Assembly (NCBI RefSeq): GCF_006345805.1 | Contig: NC_043000.1 | Span: forward strand, 62,992,001-63,056,000 | Reading direction: 5' to 3' | Source of the DNA: Octopus sinensis | Lineage: Eukaryota | Length of the DNA stretch: 64,000 nucleotides | Shown: one piece after another, positions 10,661-23,411 of the stretch | Layout: each line of letters begins with the position of its first letter | Position numbering within the stretch: the first letter of the stretch is position 1 | Program-made: the position numbers and the translations under genes | Notes under the pieces: generated by a model | Told to the model about the DNA's origin: nothing | What the model saw: the letters and a program-made list of their open reading frames with translations, nothing else | Databases searched by the model: none

Positions 10661-11447
10661 AACAACAACTACAGCAAAAAAAAAAAAGAACAACTATGAT
10701 AATAATAATTTTCAAAGTAGGGGAATTGTATTTCTTAGCTGTTCAGTAAGGTTTACAACTTGGAAAAAGAGGTGAATAGTAATGATATGTAAGAAAAGGC
10801 TAAAATAAGAATTCAAAAGAAGGCAATAATATAAAAAAAAAAACATAGAAAGAAATACTTGAAAAATGGACAGGGAGAGGAGGTGGATCTCGAAAGAAAC
10901 AAGAGATCGGGAAGGTCTAGATGGGATTAATGTCCTTCAGCTTGTAACAAAACATTTCCGTGTCCGCTTGGATGACAGGAGTAGCGGGAAGGAAAACTAG
11001 AATGACCTGACTGCTGCTGGAACAAAAGGTATTCGTATAGCTATTATCGCTAAGAAGGCCTATCTCTCTCAGGTGTGCATGCTTTGATTTCAGATTTCAC
11101 TGTCTGGGCAATTGATCCCTTTTATTTATTTACTTATTCATCTAAGTCTGAAAGGGGCGAAATTATTACAGTAATGGATAGAGCGACAAGTTAGACATTG
11201 GTACACACACACACACACCACACACACACACACACACACATACATACACACACGAACGCAGACAGACAGACAGACAGACAGACAGATAGACAGACAGATA
11301 GACAGATAGACAGACAGACAGATATAATTACTGTCTGTCTGTCAGGCTCTTCTTTCTTTCTCTTTCTCTGTCTCACTCATTCTCTCTCCCTCTTTGCCTT
11401 CCTCCTTCTTTCTTTCCCTCTCTACCCCCCTCTCTCACTCTCTCTCA

Positions 11448-11486
<39 letters not shown>

Positions 11487-13019
11487 AAGAGAGAGAGAGA
11501 AAGAGAGACATATGGACGCGCGGAATAAGTAAATATTAGGGTTAGGTAGCCAACATTAAAGATATATATTGTTATCTAAAGGCCAGAAAGACTTATTATC
11601 ACTAGTGTGTGCGCGTATGTTATTTTGGTGGTTGAACAAATCGGCGATGCGTATCATATATGATGCTTGGATACTAGGCAAATATGTTCTCACGTGCGAT
11701 ACACAGGACAGATGAAGGATCAAATTCAATCTACTAAACTAATTCATACTAAAAAGACAAAAAAAGAATAGGATTGTTGATGCTGAACTCAGTTCAATCA
11801 AGAAGTTCTGAGGTACTGACTGCTGTGCAAACTTGTATATTAACGCTAATAGTGTTGATTTTTACAGAGATTATCGTCATACGAGGTGCACTCCAGAGGT
11901 TTCAAAGCTTTTTTTTTTCAGGAGAGGCTGTTATAACTGTTCTAGATTAATATGGTAATCTGATCCTCTCACTAGCTATCAGTTTTTTTTTTTGAATCCG
12001 ATGATATTGCCGCGGATTCTATACTGCAAAATTCATTTCCTCAAGTCCTGAGAATTTCTTGTAATTTATTTGTTGTTTTTTGTCATTAATGTCCTGAAAC
12101 TTCTTGTAACAGCCAAGTAACACAGTCAAACTTCTGTCATATCTGAATCAGCTAGTGAAATTTGCTGTTATTTAACCGGGAATGCCACTGTTGTGTCGTA
12201 CATCCTTAACCTCAAGTACGAATATGTATATTTGAGCAGCGTGCTTTTGAGTTATCGGAGAAACCCTCATCCAGGAAGACTCCTTAGTCCGTCAGCTTTG
12301 ATATGCAGAGAAATATAATCACCAATAACAATGATTTATGAAGCTCTAGCTCCAGCTTTGTATCGATGTAACAGAAGTAATGAATACACAAGCTAGATTT
12401 ATATCTCAAGCAGGAATAATACAGCTGTGATTAGTCCTACGGTGAATAGATCAAATAAACAACGCAGATCAAATAAACAACGACACAAATATCAATGGTG
12501 AATCAAGTGCAAGCTACACATGTATTTCAAACTCAATTAATAAAGAAAGTGATTTGACAACTGATACTGAACAAACCTCGCAAATGGTGTTAGAAGTAAT
12601 TTTCTAAGGAATTAAACTGATTTGTGTTCTGGAGATATGATATAATTGTTATGCTAATGTTGGTGACATTGTATGCATTTGACAAGCTGATTAAAACTAT
12701 TTACAGTGGCTACTAGTTCAACGTCAGAGTTAGGTTAATTAGTTAGGTGAGGCTTCTGATGGCAAAGTATTCCCCGCAAAAACGGCCAATTGCATTGCAA
12801 TTTAACAAAAGTATTAGTCATTACATACTGAATTCAATGCATTGAATTAGCAGTTTTAATTTTTATATTTAATAAGTAATATCTATAGTTTTAAAAACTT
12901 TCCTTTAAAAAAGTTTTGCTGACGAAATGTGTACAACAGATATCTATTTCAGCTAACTTTCCAAAAACATTCTGCTCCTAGACGACAAGCTAGCTCCAAC
13001 ATCAATACTGAGACTCTAC

Positions 13020-13283
13020 TATGTGACATGATTGACCGAGGTTACCGTGGTCTTTTCCGTAGGCTTTTCTTTCCACGGATAAACCTTATCTGTTTCCCCC
13101 TTTACACTTTACATCATGACATTTCTCTGATACACAATCCCTATTGATCGTTTCTTTTCTTTCTTTTTTACGATCCCTTTTGATCGAAAACCTACCACGT
13201 TCCCCCCCCCCCAAAAAAAAAGAAAAGCTCTACTTTGTAATTTGTCCCCTTTGTGTTCAGCTCCGTATGGCTAATAAAGAAAT
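13020..13283 (+). mobile_element. Probable Tx1-like LINE 3' UTR fragment
   Basis: Same layout as the UTR of 8656-9204: a ccgtgg..ccacgg stem followed by ataaacc, ending ggctaataaagaaata. Confidence 0.45.
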
Positions 13284-14486
13284 ATATTAAATAAAATCGA
13301 GATTAATTTACATCAAGCAGCCTCCTTACTAACAAATACAGATTTCCTTACTGCATAGCAAGAGGTGTTTTGCTAACTGCATTTCCATTCAGGGTTGATT
13401 CGTTCACCCACAGCAAATTTGTTCTCGTGATTTCCAGCATCAGCACCTTGTTGATACGGCTCTTATTGAGAGGACATGTACTGCCTTATTAGATTGACTT
13501 AGAATCCCAACCTCAAAAGACCACCCGAGCAAGATTTCGAGTATCGAGGATCAATTAACCCTCAACAGCCGTACACACAATTACCTTACCCTGACGTCAG
13601 TCAACAAATCTGAATAATACGACGATTTAATAAAGTGGTCGGCAACGTGCCAATTTATCAAAAATAACTGACAAACACATCTTGCAATCTTAAAATATAT
13701 CATTAACGTGACATTTTTCAAAGGTCAAGCGGAAAATCATAGGAATTTTATATGAAAATACCGTTTCTTTATATTGTTCTTCCAGATATGGTAAGATGAA
13801 GTAACGCGCACACACACACATGCACACGCATACACGCGCGCAAATACATATACACGTACAATATATCTAAACTATTTTATTTAAATTTAATGAAATAATT
13901 AAATAAATCAAAACTGAAAGCGTAGAGCATCTTAATGTAATGATGATTACATAGCGATATCTATATATGTGTATCCAAACAAACCCCTGAACTACTATCA
14001 CTCTTCCTAAAGAACTAAGTCACAATAACCAGGAATCATGAAGTGGCACATAATGTTGATTCTTGGAATGTTTTTTTTTATGTTTAATTCGTGTATATTC
14101 AACTGATGAAAACGGGCTTTTTTTTTCGGATGATGTAGCAATTCTCTTCATAAATAAATTTTTAAAAACTCATTTGAAACAGCTGTAGTTAATGAAGCAA
14201 TTTCCATCTGTTGTTATTTATTTATTATTTACCTTACTCGAAACCTGCAAATATAGATCTGGAATCTATTAAGTGCAGTACAATTGGTGCAGTGTATGTT
14301 CCTACGTATAACCTTGAAACAATTGGACGCTTGTGATCGTATATGCTACTGGAATATTAATCCGTCTGTACTTTGGTATGTACCTATATGTTCCTCTAAT
14401 TTTGTTTTGTACATGATTGCTAATTGTTTGACTTGAACTTGGTGCTTTACTATTTAGGTACATGAGTGACTTACATCCTGAACTCA

Positions 14487-14489
<3 letters not shown>

Positions 14490-14549
<60 letters not shown>

Positions 14550-14619
14550 GTGTGTATGTGTGTGTGTATGTATGTATGAATGCATGTATGTATGAATATA
14601 TATATCTATATATATATTC

Positions 14620-14651
<32 letters not shown>

Positions 14652-14693
14652 ATGTATATATGTATGTATATATGTATGTATATATGTATATAT

Positions 14694-14736
<43 letters not shown>

Positions 14737-14747
14737 TATATATATAT
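14490..14747. repeat. (TATG)n/(TG)n/(TA)n compound microsatellite
   Basis: Seen directly. Confidence 0.95.
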
Positions 14748-15140
14748 CACCTCGATCACCTCACCATGTCTGACCAGTCCGTCGGGCGTCAATTTGACAC
14801 CGTTGGTCACAGCATGCCGTCCACTCCTCTCTGGATCGCGCCTTCCTCATAAAATCGTAACTCCACCGTCGTGGAGGCCTTTCGACTGGTCGTTTCCGCT
14901 CGCGCGGGTACCACTCGACAACTGCGCGGGTTCACCGATTATCGGTGAGCTGGGCGACGTGTCTAGCCCATCTAAACTTGCTGCGTGTATATTCTACGAT
15001 GACATCCCTCACACCGGACTTCTGACTGATGACCTCGCTACTGATGTGCTCTCTCAACGAGATTCCAAGCATTGACTTCTCTATGACTATTTGAGCCGTT
15101 ACCAATGCCTGCTCTTCTCTCAGTTTGAATAGATGGGTGG
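14748..15140 (-). mobile_element. RTE-clade LINE 3' fragment
   Basis: EQALVTAQIVIEKSMLGISLREHISSEVISQKSGVRDVIVEYTRSKFRWARHVAQLTDNR..WYPRERKRP..RPPRRW is a typical RTE ORF C-terminus. Short-repeat tail gaggtgatcgaggtga. Confidence 0.85.
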
Positions 15141-15304
15141 AGTGAGGAAAGCTTTGGTAGTTAGTGGTGCTGGAGTGAGAGAGGGAAGAGAGCTTATAAA
15201 TGATAGGCAAGCTAGGAGAGTGTTTGTGGGCGGACGAGTGAATTTGATGTTGCTCAAAGGTGTGCGGAGGTAAACTGGCAACATGACCGTCCCTAAATAC
15301 AACA

Positions 15305-15337
<33 letters not shown>

Positions 15338-15549
15338 CTCCTTTACTTGTTTCAGTTATGTGACTGTGGCCATGCTTCAGCACCACCTTTAGTCGAGCTA
15401 ATCGACGCCAGGACTTATTCTTTGTAAGCCTAGTACTTATTCTATGGGTCTTTTTTGCCGAACCGCTAAGATATGGGGACGTAAAGACACCTGCATCGGT
15501 TGTCAAGCGATGTTGAGGGGACAAACATAGACACACACACACACACACA

Positions 15550-15581
<32 letters not shown>

Positions 15582-15776
15582 ACACACACACACATATATA
15601 TATGTAAATATATACGATGGGCTTCTTTCAGTTCCGTCTACCAAATCCACTCACAAGGCTTTGGTTGGCCCGATGCTATAGTAGAATACACTTGCCCAAG
15701 GTGCCACGCAGTGGGACTGAACGCGGAACCATGTGGTTCGTAAGCAAGCTACTTACCACACACCCACTCCTACGCC
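15338..15776 (-). mobile_element. Full-length SINE-B
   Basis: Head, central CA microsatellite and tail all align with 7153-7590. Confidence 0.85.
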
Positions 15777-16494
15777 TACATATATATATATATTACAGTC
15801 GAGTAATATATTCTTGCTTTGGCATATAACCGGTCAAATAGTTACCATTGGTTTCACGTCGACTATTGCACTTAGCAATATAGGCGACACATGAGACCTG
15901 CTGTTGCTGGAGGCACAAAATATCTTCACACCAGAGCTGACGACACGTCCAAAAAGTGGGTGACGCCACGTCGAAAACGGTAGAGGAGTAGGGGACGGGC
16001 TGAAATCGGACGTGGTTCCTCCCTATGATGTCTTTATTCACTGGGTCCTATAAAGGAGCTCTTTAGGTAGCGAACCACGAAACGTAGTTGGAATTCCAAA
16101 ACATATATTCTTTCAGTCGTTTTAAGATATACTTTGTTGAATAAAAAATATCTTGATACAGTCTGTGTAGTGTAGTATGGCATTAATAAACATACAAACA
16201 ACTGTCTTCAGTAGTGACCCATTGACCTGTTGAGGATTACGGAAGATTTCATGTATATGTAGATGTGAGTGTATATGAATATGAGTGTAAGTGTGTGAAA
16301 AAGCTGCTAAACTACAGAAAGAAATAATGACTGAAGGAAGTAACCCAGAAAGAAAAATGTTTGTATCATAACAATGTTGTTAACATAAATAAATCGTTAA
16401 AGAGGATTTGGAAGCTTTCACTACCGTACCTTCATTCACGTGACTATAAATGAGTATGGAAGCAGGTCAGTGTCCTTAATCTTCTTCTTGTTCT

Positions 16495-16960
16495 TGTTGT
16501 TGGTGGTGGTGATGTTGATTATGGCGTTGGTAGTAGTGGTGGTGGTGGTGGTGGTTGTGGTGGTGGTGGTGGTGGTGGTGGTGACCGCAGGAGTTAAGTG
16601 ATGGAAATGGCAGCAAAAGAAATGTACATGTAAGTGGTAGGAAGTGGAGGATGAAGTTATTATTCCTAAAGGTAGCGATGGTTGTGACACCGGCAGCAAT
16701 GGTGGTGGTGGTGGTGGTGGTGGTCGTCGTCGTCGTCGTCGTCAAGGTAGTGTTGGCCACAAAATGCGAATGGTGATGTAGGGGATGTAGCTAGAAACAG
16801 TGGTGCAACAAGTTAGGCGGCGGCAGCGGTAGCAGCGGCGGCGGCAGTGGTAGTAGTGGTTGTGGTGGTGGTGGTGGTGGTGGTGCTGGGGGTGGTGGTA
16901 GTGGTGGTGGTGGTGGTGGTAGTGGTAGTGATGACGGTGGGAGTGGTGGTGATAGTCGGC
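16495..16960. repeat. (GGT)n/(GTC)n/(GCG)n-rich low-complexity tract
   Basis: Seen directly. Confidence 0.9.
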
Positions 16961-17440
16961 GTTATGGTCGTGGTAGCGACAACGCCGTCGCAGGCGCCAC
17001 GCTCACGATGATGACAATAATGATAGTAGAGCGAGAAGGAAATAGAGGGAGTAAGACAGAGAGAGAAAAGAGAGAGAGAGAGAGAAAGTGAGGGGGAAGG
17101 GAAGAAAGAGGTTGAAAGTCACGGCAGTGAGAAAGTTAGATATTGCGGTAACATTTTCCATTCTATTTTATTCTATACATAATCTAAAACCTCTTAACCT
17201 CTATTTCATCTAAGAATGACGTCTTTTAGCTGTTTTATCTTGAATTTATAAATACAATTCTGAAATAAACAAACCCGCTTACCTTGTCTGTCTGCCTGTC
17301 TTCTTTGTATTTCTCTTTGCTCTTCTCTCCCCGATTCCCATCTCTTTCTCTTTCTTTCTTTGTATTATGAATAATAATTGCATTGTTTCGTTTACGTAAT
17401 AACGGCATCACATTAACAGCCGCTCTATTTTATTATCTGT

Positions 17441-18125
17441 GCTTCAAAAAAGGCGGCGAGCTGGCAAAATCTTAACAACATCGGCCAAGAAACTTTTTTT
17501 TTAGTGACATTTCTTCCGGATCTTTACGTTGTGAGTTCAAATGCTGCCGAAATTGACTTTGCCTTTCATCATTTTGGAGCCGATAGAATAAGTACCAGCT
17601 GAACATTGGGGATCGACTATTCCTCCCTCCCAAAATTTCAGTCTTTGTACCTATGGTAGAAAAGATAATCTTTGCTCCAAAAAGGCGACGAGCTAGCAGA
17701 ATCGTTACTGCGCCGGACAAAACTCTTAGTGGCATTTGTTCCGGTTCCTTATGTTCTAAGTTCAAACACTGTCGAGATCGACTTTGCTTTTCAGTTTTTC
17801 GGGTTCGATAAATATGTACCAGCTGAGCACTGGGAGTCGATGTAATCGACTTCTTCTGACCCCCTCAAAATGTCTGGCCTTGTGCCAAAATTAGAAAGGC
17901 TTATCAGTGCTCCAAAAAGGATGACAGAGTAACAGAATTGCTAGAGTCCCGGATAAAATGCCCCACAGTATTTTTTCCGCTCCTCACGTTCTGAGTTTAA
18001 ATCCTGTCGAAGTCAAATTCGCTTCATCCTTCCAGTATCGAAAAATTAATTACCAGTCCAGCAGAGGCCGATTTAATCAACTAATCTCCTCCGGCTAAAA
18101 TTTCAGGTCTTGAGCCTGTATTAAA
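17441..18125 (+). mobile_element. Head-to-tail trimer of SINE-A (units start at 17441, 17674, 17909)
   Basis: Three family A units at 233 and 235 bp spacing, each preceded by gct(t/c)caaaaa. Confidence 0.8.
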
Positions 18126-18269
18126 AATAGTTGTCTGGACTTCAAACGAATTGTGTAGTCTCAGATACACAAAAGGACGAGTCGGATGGTGACGACACGA
18201 ACGTCTTGATTATAGATTTGCTCGATCAGACCTGACTAAGAGGAGGACTAAACAGCAACAAGGACGGTG

Positions 18270-18430
18270 GATTGGCAGAACTGATAGAATGTCAGTTGAA
18301 CTGGCTTACAATATGTAGTTACGCTCCCTTTTCGTCTTGAGTTCAAAACACGCAGATGTCGCCATAACCTTTTAACTTTGAGGAGTCGATAAAATAATGC
18401 AACAAGCAAGTACAGCGATCGATCTGAGTG
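18270..18430 (+). mobile_element. Diverged SINE-A copy
   Basis: ggtggattggcagaactgatagaatg..gagttcaaaac..gtcgataaaataatg. Confidence 0.6.
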
Positions 18431-18861
18431 ACCACGTAACTTTCTCAAATACTTGGTCTTGTGTCTATACGACAAACCATTATCTGATTTCGCAGTTAGG
18501 GCAGTTTGGTTTATATACATCAGAGGGAAAAGCCACTTACATGATGCAAGACATATAGAAAAAGGAAGTTTAAATAAACCCTTTTTTAGTCCAAAACGCC
18601 CATGCTTGTTTTCAGGCTTCGAATTAACCTTTGTTTCATACGTTTTGAATAATATAAAGCTTTCCTTTCATAAGTCCCAAGTTACTCTGGTGGATGAAAA
18701 ACATAATCGAGAATGTGCATCGTATATGATGCATAGACGACAGAGAAATATGTCCTATAAATCACACATGATACACAGGACAGACAAAAGAAAGATTAAA
18801 CAACAACAGCAAATAGGATGGAGAGTAGAACAGCGTTAGGATTTCAAATAGCTTCAGCTAA

Positions 18862-19910
18862 GAGACTGTGTGGTAAGAAGCTTGCTTTCTAACCACATGG
18901 TTCCGGGTTCAGTCCCATTGCATGACACCTTAGGTAAGTGTCTTCTACTATAGCCTCAGGCCGACTGAAGTCTTATGAGTGGATTTGGTAGGCGGAAACT
19001 GAAAGAACCCTATCGCATATATACAGGTACGGGGAATAAACTGTCGTCTAAATTACGCAAAAATGAAAATAACACTGACATCTCATTTTAACAGATATGT
19101 GTACCAAAATTACATAGAAATATCTTGAAATACTAAAGAGTAAATTTCTTTAATAAAATCACCATTCGCTTCAACGACGGCCTCTAGACGACTTAGGAAT
19201 ATTCTGCAACTCTTCAGGACTGTCTCCTTGTTTAAGCTGGTGAATGCTGCCATAATCCTTGTCTCCAGTTCATCTATGGTGTTATAAGGAGTTTTGTTGG
19301 TCTCTCACTCAACTGTGCCCCACACATGATAATCAAGGGGGTTGCAGTCTGGGGAGTTAGGTGGCCAGATGTTAGGAATGATGTGGTCACAGAAATTGTC
19401 TTACAACCATGTCTAGGTTCTCCTGCTTGTCTGGTATGGTGCAGAGTCCTGTTGCCAGACATAGGGTCTTCCTGCAGCTACCCTCTTGATTCAGGGCAGC
19501 ACTACCACCTCCAGGCACTTCTTGTAGGCCTCTGTGTTGAGTGTGAGGCCGTGTGAGAAGATGAACGAAGACATAACATTGCCATCACTAGTGATCACTC
19601 CAAACACCATGATGTCGACTGGATGTTTGATTTTGAACACTCTCGGAACATGTTCTCAATTTGCACTTTCCTCAGATTGTCACCCACAGAGTCTGAAATA
19701 TTCGTATTAGAGCTTCCGATGTGAATGCCAAGCAGTACAGCATGTTGTTGTTTCCAAATTTCTGACAGAGTTAATTGTGTCATGGTGCTGTTTTTCTCAA
19801 AGACGGTGCCCAACTGACCCTGCTATACTGTGTAATCGACAAATTCAAAAACAAACAATGTACATGACGAATTAAAAAATATAAAATGGCGACAATTTAC
19901 CCATCACACC

Positions 19911-19965
<55 letters not shown>

Positions 19966-20190
19966 TGTGTGTCTTTGTGTCCGTGTTTTCTCCCAGCACC
20001 ACATGACAATCAATGCTGGTGTGTTTACGTTTCCGTAACTTAGTGGTTTCACAAAAGAGACTAAGAGAATAAGTACCAGGCTTTAAAAGCAAGGAATAGG
20101 GATCGATTCATTCGATTAAAGGTTCTTCAAGTTGGTGTCCCAGTACGGTAGTAGTCTCATTACTGAAAGAAGTAGAAAATAAAAGATAAA
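18862..20190 (+). mobile_element. SINE-B split by a maT transposon inserted in its central microsatellite
   Basis: The 5' half (18862-19023) and 3' half (~19965-20190) are collinear with intact copies. Confidence 0.8.
19024..19915 (-). mobile_element. Internally deleted maT (DD37D) Tc1/mariner-superfamily transposon
   Basis: VWQQDSAPYQTSRRTxTWLxDNFCDHIIPNIWPPNSPDCNPLDYHVW has 37 residues between the two D. Imperfect TIRs are caggtacggggaataaactgtcg and cagagggtgtgatgggtaaattgtcg. N-terminal MTQLTLSEIWK is fused to the catalytic part. Confidence 0.85.
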
Positions 20191-21497
20191 ATATTTGTTT
20201 TGAAGAAGAAGAAAAACATTTCAATTCCGATGTATCTCCAAATATGTTTCTAAGATTGTCGTTGTTGTTGTTGTTGTTAGTGAATGGTCTAGTCGATTAA
20301 GATTCTTTGCCCTTAGCCTGACTTATTCTATTTATACATTCACAGAAAATTGGTGTTTACTAGTTCATAACTTAACTTCTGTATACTTGTTTTTTCTCTG
20401 TCTTCAACTTCCTTTAGCTTCAATGAATGAATGAGACAAGTCGAACAGCCTAATTAAACTTAACTTTTCTGTGTTATCCATTACTCGACATAAACCTTCT
20501 CAGGATATTTAGCCCCCTCAGTTCATCGAGATCATTCCCAACTACCCTCAATTCTGCAAGCATTTCTTCCGCACCTATGTTTTCCTTTCAACCGCCAACA
20601 ATTATGAACTGCCTCCCCACCCAAAAAATGGAGAAGAGTGCAATGGGAAATAGCTCAAATAGGTTAATGTCATGAATTTGATTAGGTTTAAACAATGCCG
20701 TACGTAAAAGTTACTTTCAATCAAATACGAATTTTGTCTTTTATGTTGTTTTTCTTTTTCATTTTTGCGTATGGCATTTAGGTACAGCACCTTTGAACCT
20801 AATTGTTCAAGAGAGTAATTCCTATCATCTGTGCTAAATGGATTTCATAAAGATTGTGCTAAGAGGGTTGAAAATAGTTTTAAACTTTTAAAACTTACCC
20901 GACGTCATAGAAGAAGACAGAAGAATTGTTCGGATGCGAATTCAGTTTTGTTTTTACATTAATAAAAAAAAGGCGGTGAAGGACAAAATACCTCAATAGT
21001 AATCTAGGTGAGGCCTTTTCTTCTGTCTAGTTGAAAACTTGCATCGAGAAATCTATAGATATAAAACGTCTCTTCTGCACTCTAACATAAATGTTCAAGT
21101 CTTAAATCTGAATATAAATGGAAGATTCGTGAATCATTAACGACGAAATTGCTAATTAATGAGACGAACTATAGTTTCTGATGAAAATTAGTAGGTAGCA
21201 GGTGTCAAATCAGGAGTAACAAATGTGAGGCGTGAGAACATTTATTTATAACTATTCCTTTTTCAATAAGACTAACAATAAAATAAAATAAAATGTTTAT
21301 TTAATCCGTGTACAATCCTTTCTTTCTTTCTTTTTTTTTGTGTGGCTGTTGTTTGGCCAAAGGTCGGCTTTGATTGAGCAGACCTATGACCAAACATTCA
21401 CTCCATGAATTATTCAAGTACTGTATCCAGGTGAACATTATACTTGTGGTTTTTGTGAAGAGAGTAGGCTGAAATTTGAGGGAGATTTCACTAAGTC

Positions 21498-21694
21498 ACA
21501 GGACCAACAATTTCTGTCACGGTTCAAGTAGATTACATCGACCCCAGTGTTCAACTGCTACTTATTTTATCGACCCCGAAAGGATGAACGGCAAAATCGA
21601 CCTTGGCGGAATTTGAACTCGGAACATAAAGACGGACGAAATGTCGCTAAGCATTTTTCCCGGTGCGCTAATGGCTCTACCAACTCACCGCCTT
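21498..21694 (-). mobile_element. SINE-A copy
   Basis: Aligns to family A. Confidence 0.8.
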
Positions 21695-22317
21695 TGACGA
21701 CAATTATATCCGTTAGAGCGACTTCATACAGGCCTCATACATTGGCTCGAGTTAGGATTACTGGTTAGCAACAACTTCGAATCGAAGTTTGGAAGCTTAC
21801 CTCTTATTTCATGCTCTTACCACATCCTATAATTTATAATTCTTCTAAGCTTATCTTCTTTTCAGCTAAAGATACAAAAATTCCTCAGTAGCACAAGTAA
21901 AGACGATTATTTAATCATCTCTGAGCCGTTGGGAATCAATAACTTAGATTTACATTAGAATTTTCTAACCTTACCAAGCCAAAGAGATATAACAAATAAA
22001 TCCCAATGAAACAGCTGTCCGTGTATTCATTAATGGATTTATTATGTTTTCAGACATTTCTAAACGTGATGTGTTGGGGCGTCATGAAAATACTAATTGC
22101 AAATTGTAATGGCCGTAAATGATGATTTAAGAGCCGATAGAAGAAACATTAATAGCAAGTTTTATGATACATACACACAGACACACACACAAACACACAC
22201 ACACATGCACACGCACATGCACGCAGGCACAAACACACAGACACACACACACACACACATACACACACACACGCGCACACACACACATACACACACACAC
22301 ATATATATACATATATA

Positions 22318-23411
22318 CAGGGTGCGTAAGATATTTGAGGACAGATTTGTGTTTATAAAAAAATAAAACAAATATATAATAACAGATAACTTTATTTATC
22401 AAAAAATGCTATGAGAATGAAAAGAAACCTTCTTTTCTAGAATGTTATTCAATAAAGCCACCTTCAGCTTCTACAACTGATTCTATATGAGATCTAAATC
22501 ATCTTCATGCTCGAATCAAGCGGTCCTGGTTCATTTTGGACATTACTCTGACTATGGCTGCTTTCAAAGAATCTTTGGTGTTATGGGCGTGCTCTTTGAC
22601 CACTCTCTCAACAAAGCTCCACGTGTAATAGTCCAATGGATTGAGATCTGGTGAATTAGGAGGCCAAATATTAGAGGTTATGTGATCATAAACATCCATT
22701 CCTGTGTTGCTAGAGTCATGTGTGATAGTACAGAGTCTTACTGAAACACACATGGCCTTCCATTGCACACGCTGACTATCCAGGGCGTAACAATTATTTC
22801 CAGGACCTCAATGTAGGCGGCAGAGTTAACTCTAAGGCCTTGTGGAAAGAAGTAAGGATGCATCACATGTCCTTCATTGCTGACAACGCCTAAAACCATG
22901 ACAGTTTCAGGAAATTTTGTATGCATAACACTTGGAACTTCAGAAGGGTCTGCACATAACTATCTATCATTTCTTCTGTTGACTTTTTGATCTTGGTCGA
23001 AGTTTTTCTCGTTTGAGAAAAACCAAATCAAATTTTCTTCTGCTGGATGTTTCAGTTTGTTTAAGAGCCTTTTAGAGCTGATGTAGTGGTTTTCTTTTGT
23101 TTTTTTCTGACAAATTGACCTTTCCTCATCATGTAAGACTTATATCTAATGTCTTCGTGGACAACATTTCTGACTGTTCCTCCTGACATATGGAAATATT
23201 TTGCAATTGACCTCATGGACTTACTGGGGTTGTAATCAATGGTCTGTTGAATTTGGATAAATTCAGGTGTTCTGAAGATTTCAGAGTGTTTAGAATGCTT
23301 TTTATACTTTGATACTGGTGATACGTTTCCATCTTCAGTCTTTAGCGCCTTAAAAACTTTGCAGACGAAAAGTCTGGCAACTTTTTAAAATCGAAATATT
23401 TCTAAATCGCT
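22318..23411 (-). mobile_element. Second maT-like transposase remnant (distinct family), 5'-truncated
   Basis: HTH region NPSKSMRSIAKYFHMSGGTVRNVVHEDIRYKSY, WFFSNEKNF, MVLGVVSNEG..YIEVLE and IWPPNSPDLNPLDYYTW. The end ta|cagggtg is at 22316-22324. Confidence 0.85.

Noticed and set aside
12448-12483. Short tandem duplications (18 bp here; similar at ~26610, ~49650 and ~49925)
   Set aside because: Ordinary slippage or repair duplications with no further pattern.
13786-13790. 5-nt plus-strand microexon (ttccag|ATATG|gtaaga); similar isolated splice-like sites at 13590-13667 (-), 20899-21003 (-), 47494-47522 (+) and 53423 (+)
   Set aside because: Such signals arise by chance in AT-rich DNA and could not be chained into a consistent reading frame without RNA data.
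16770-17190. Gly/Ser-rich open frame suggesting a glycine-rich protein
   Set aside because: It derives from GGT/GA microsatellites and has no start codon or splice support.
18453-18839. 128-aa ORF
   Set aside because: No recognisable motif and it starts at a non-ATG codon; probably a chance ORF.
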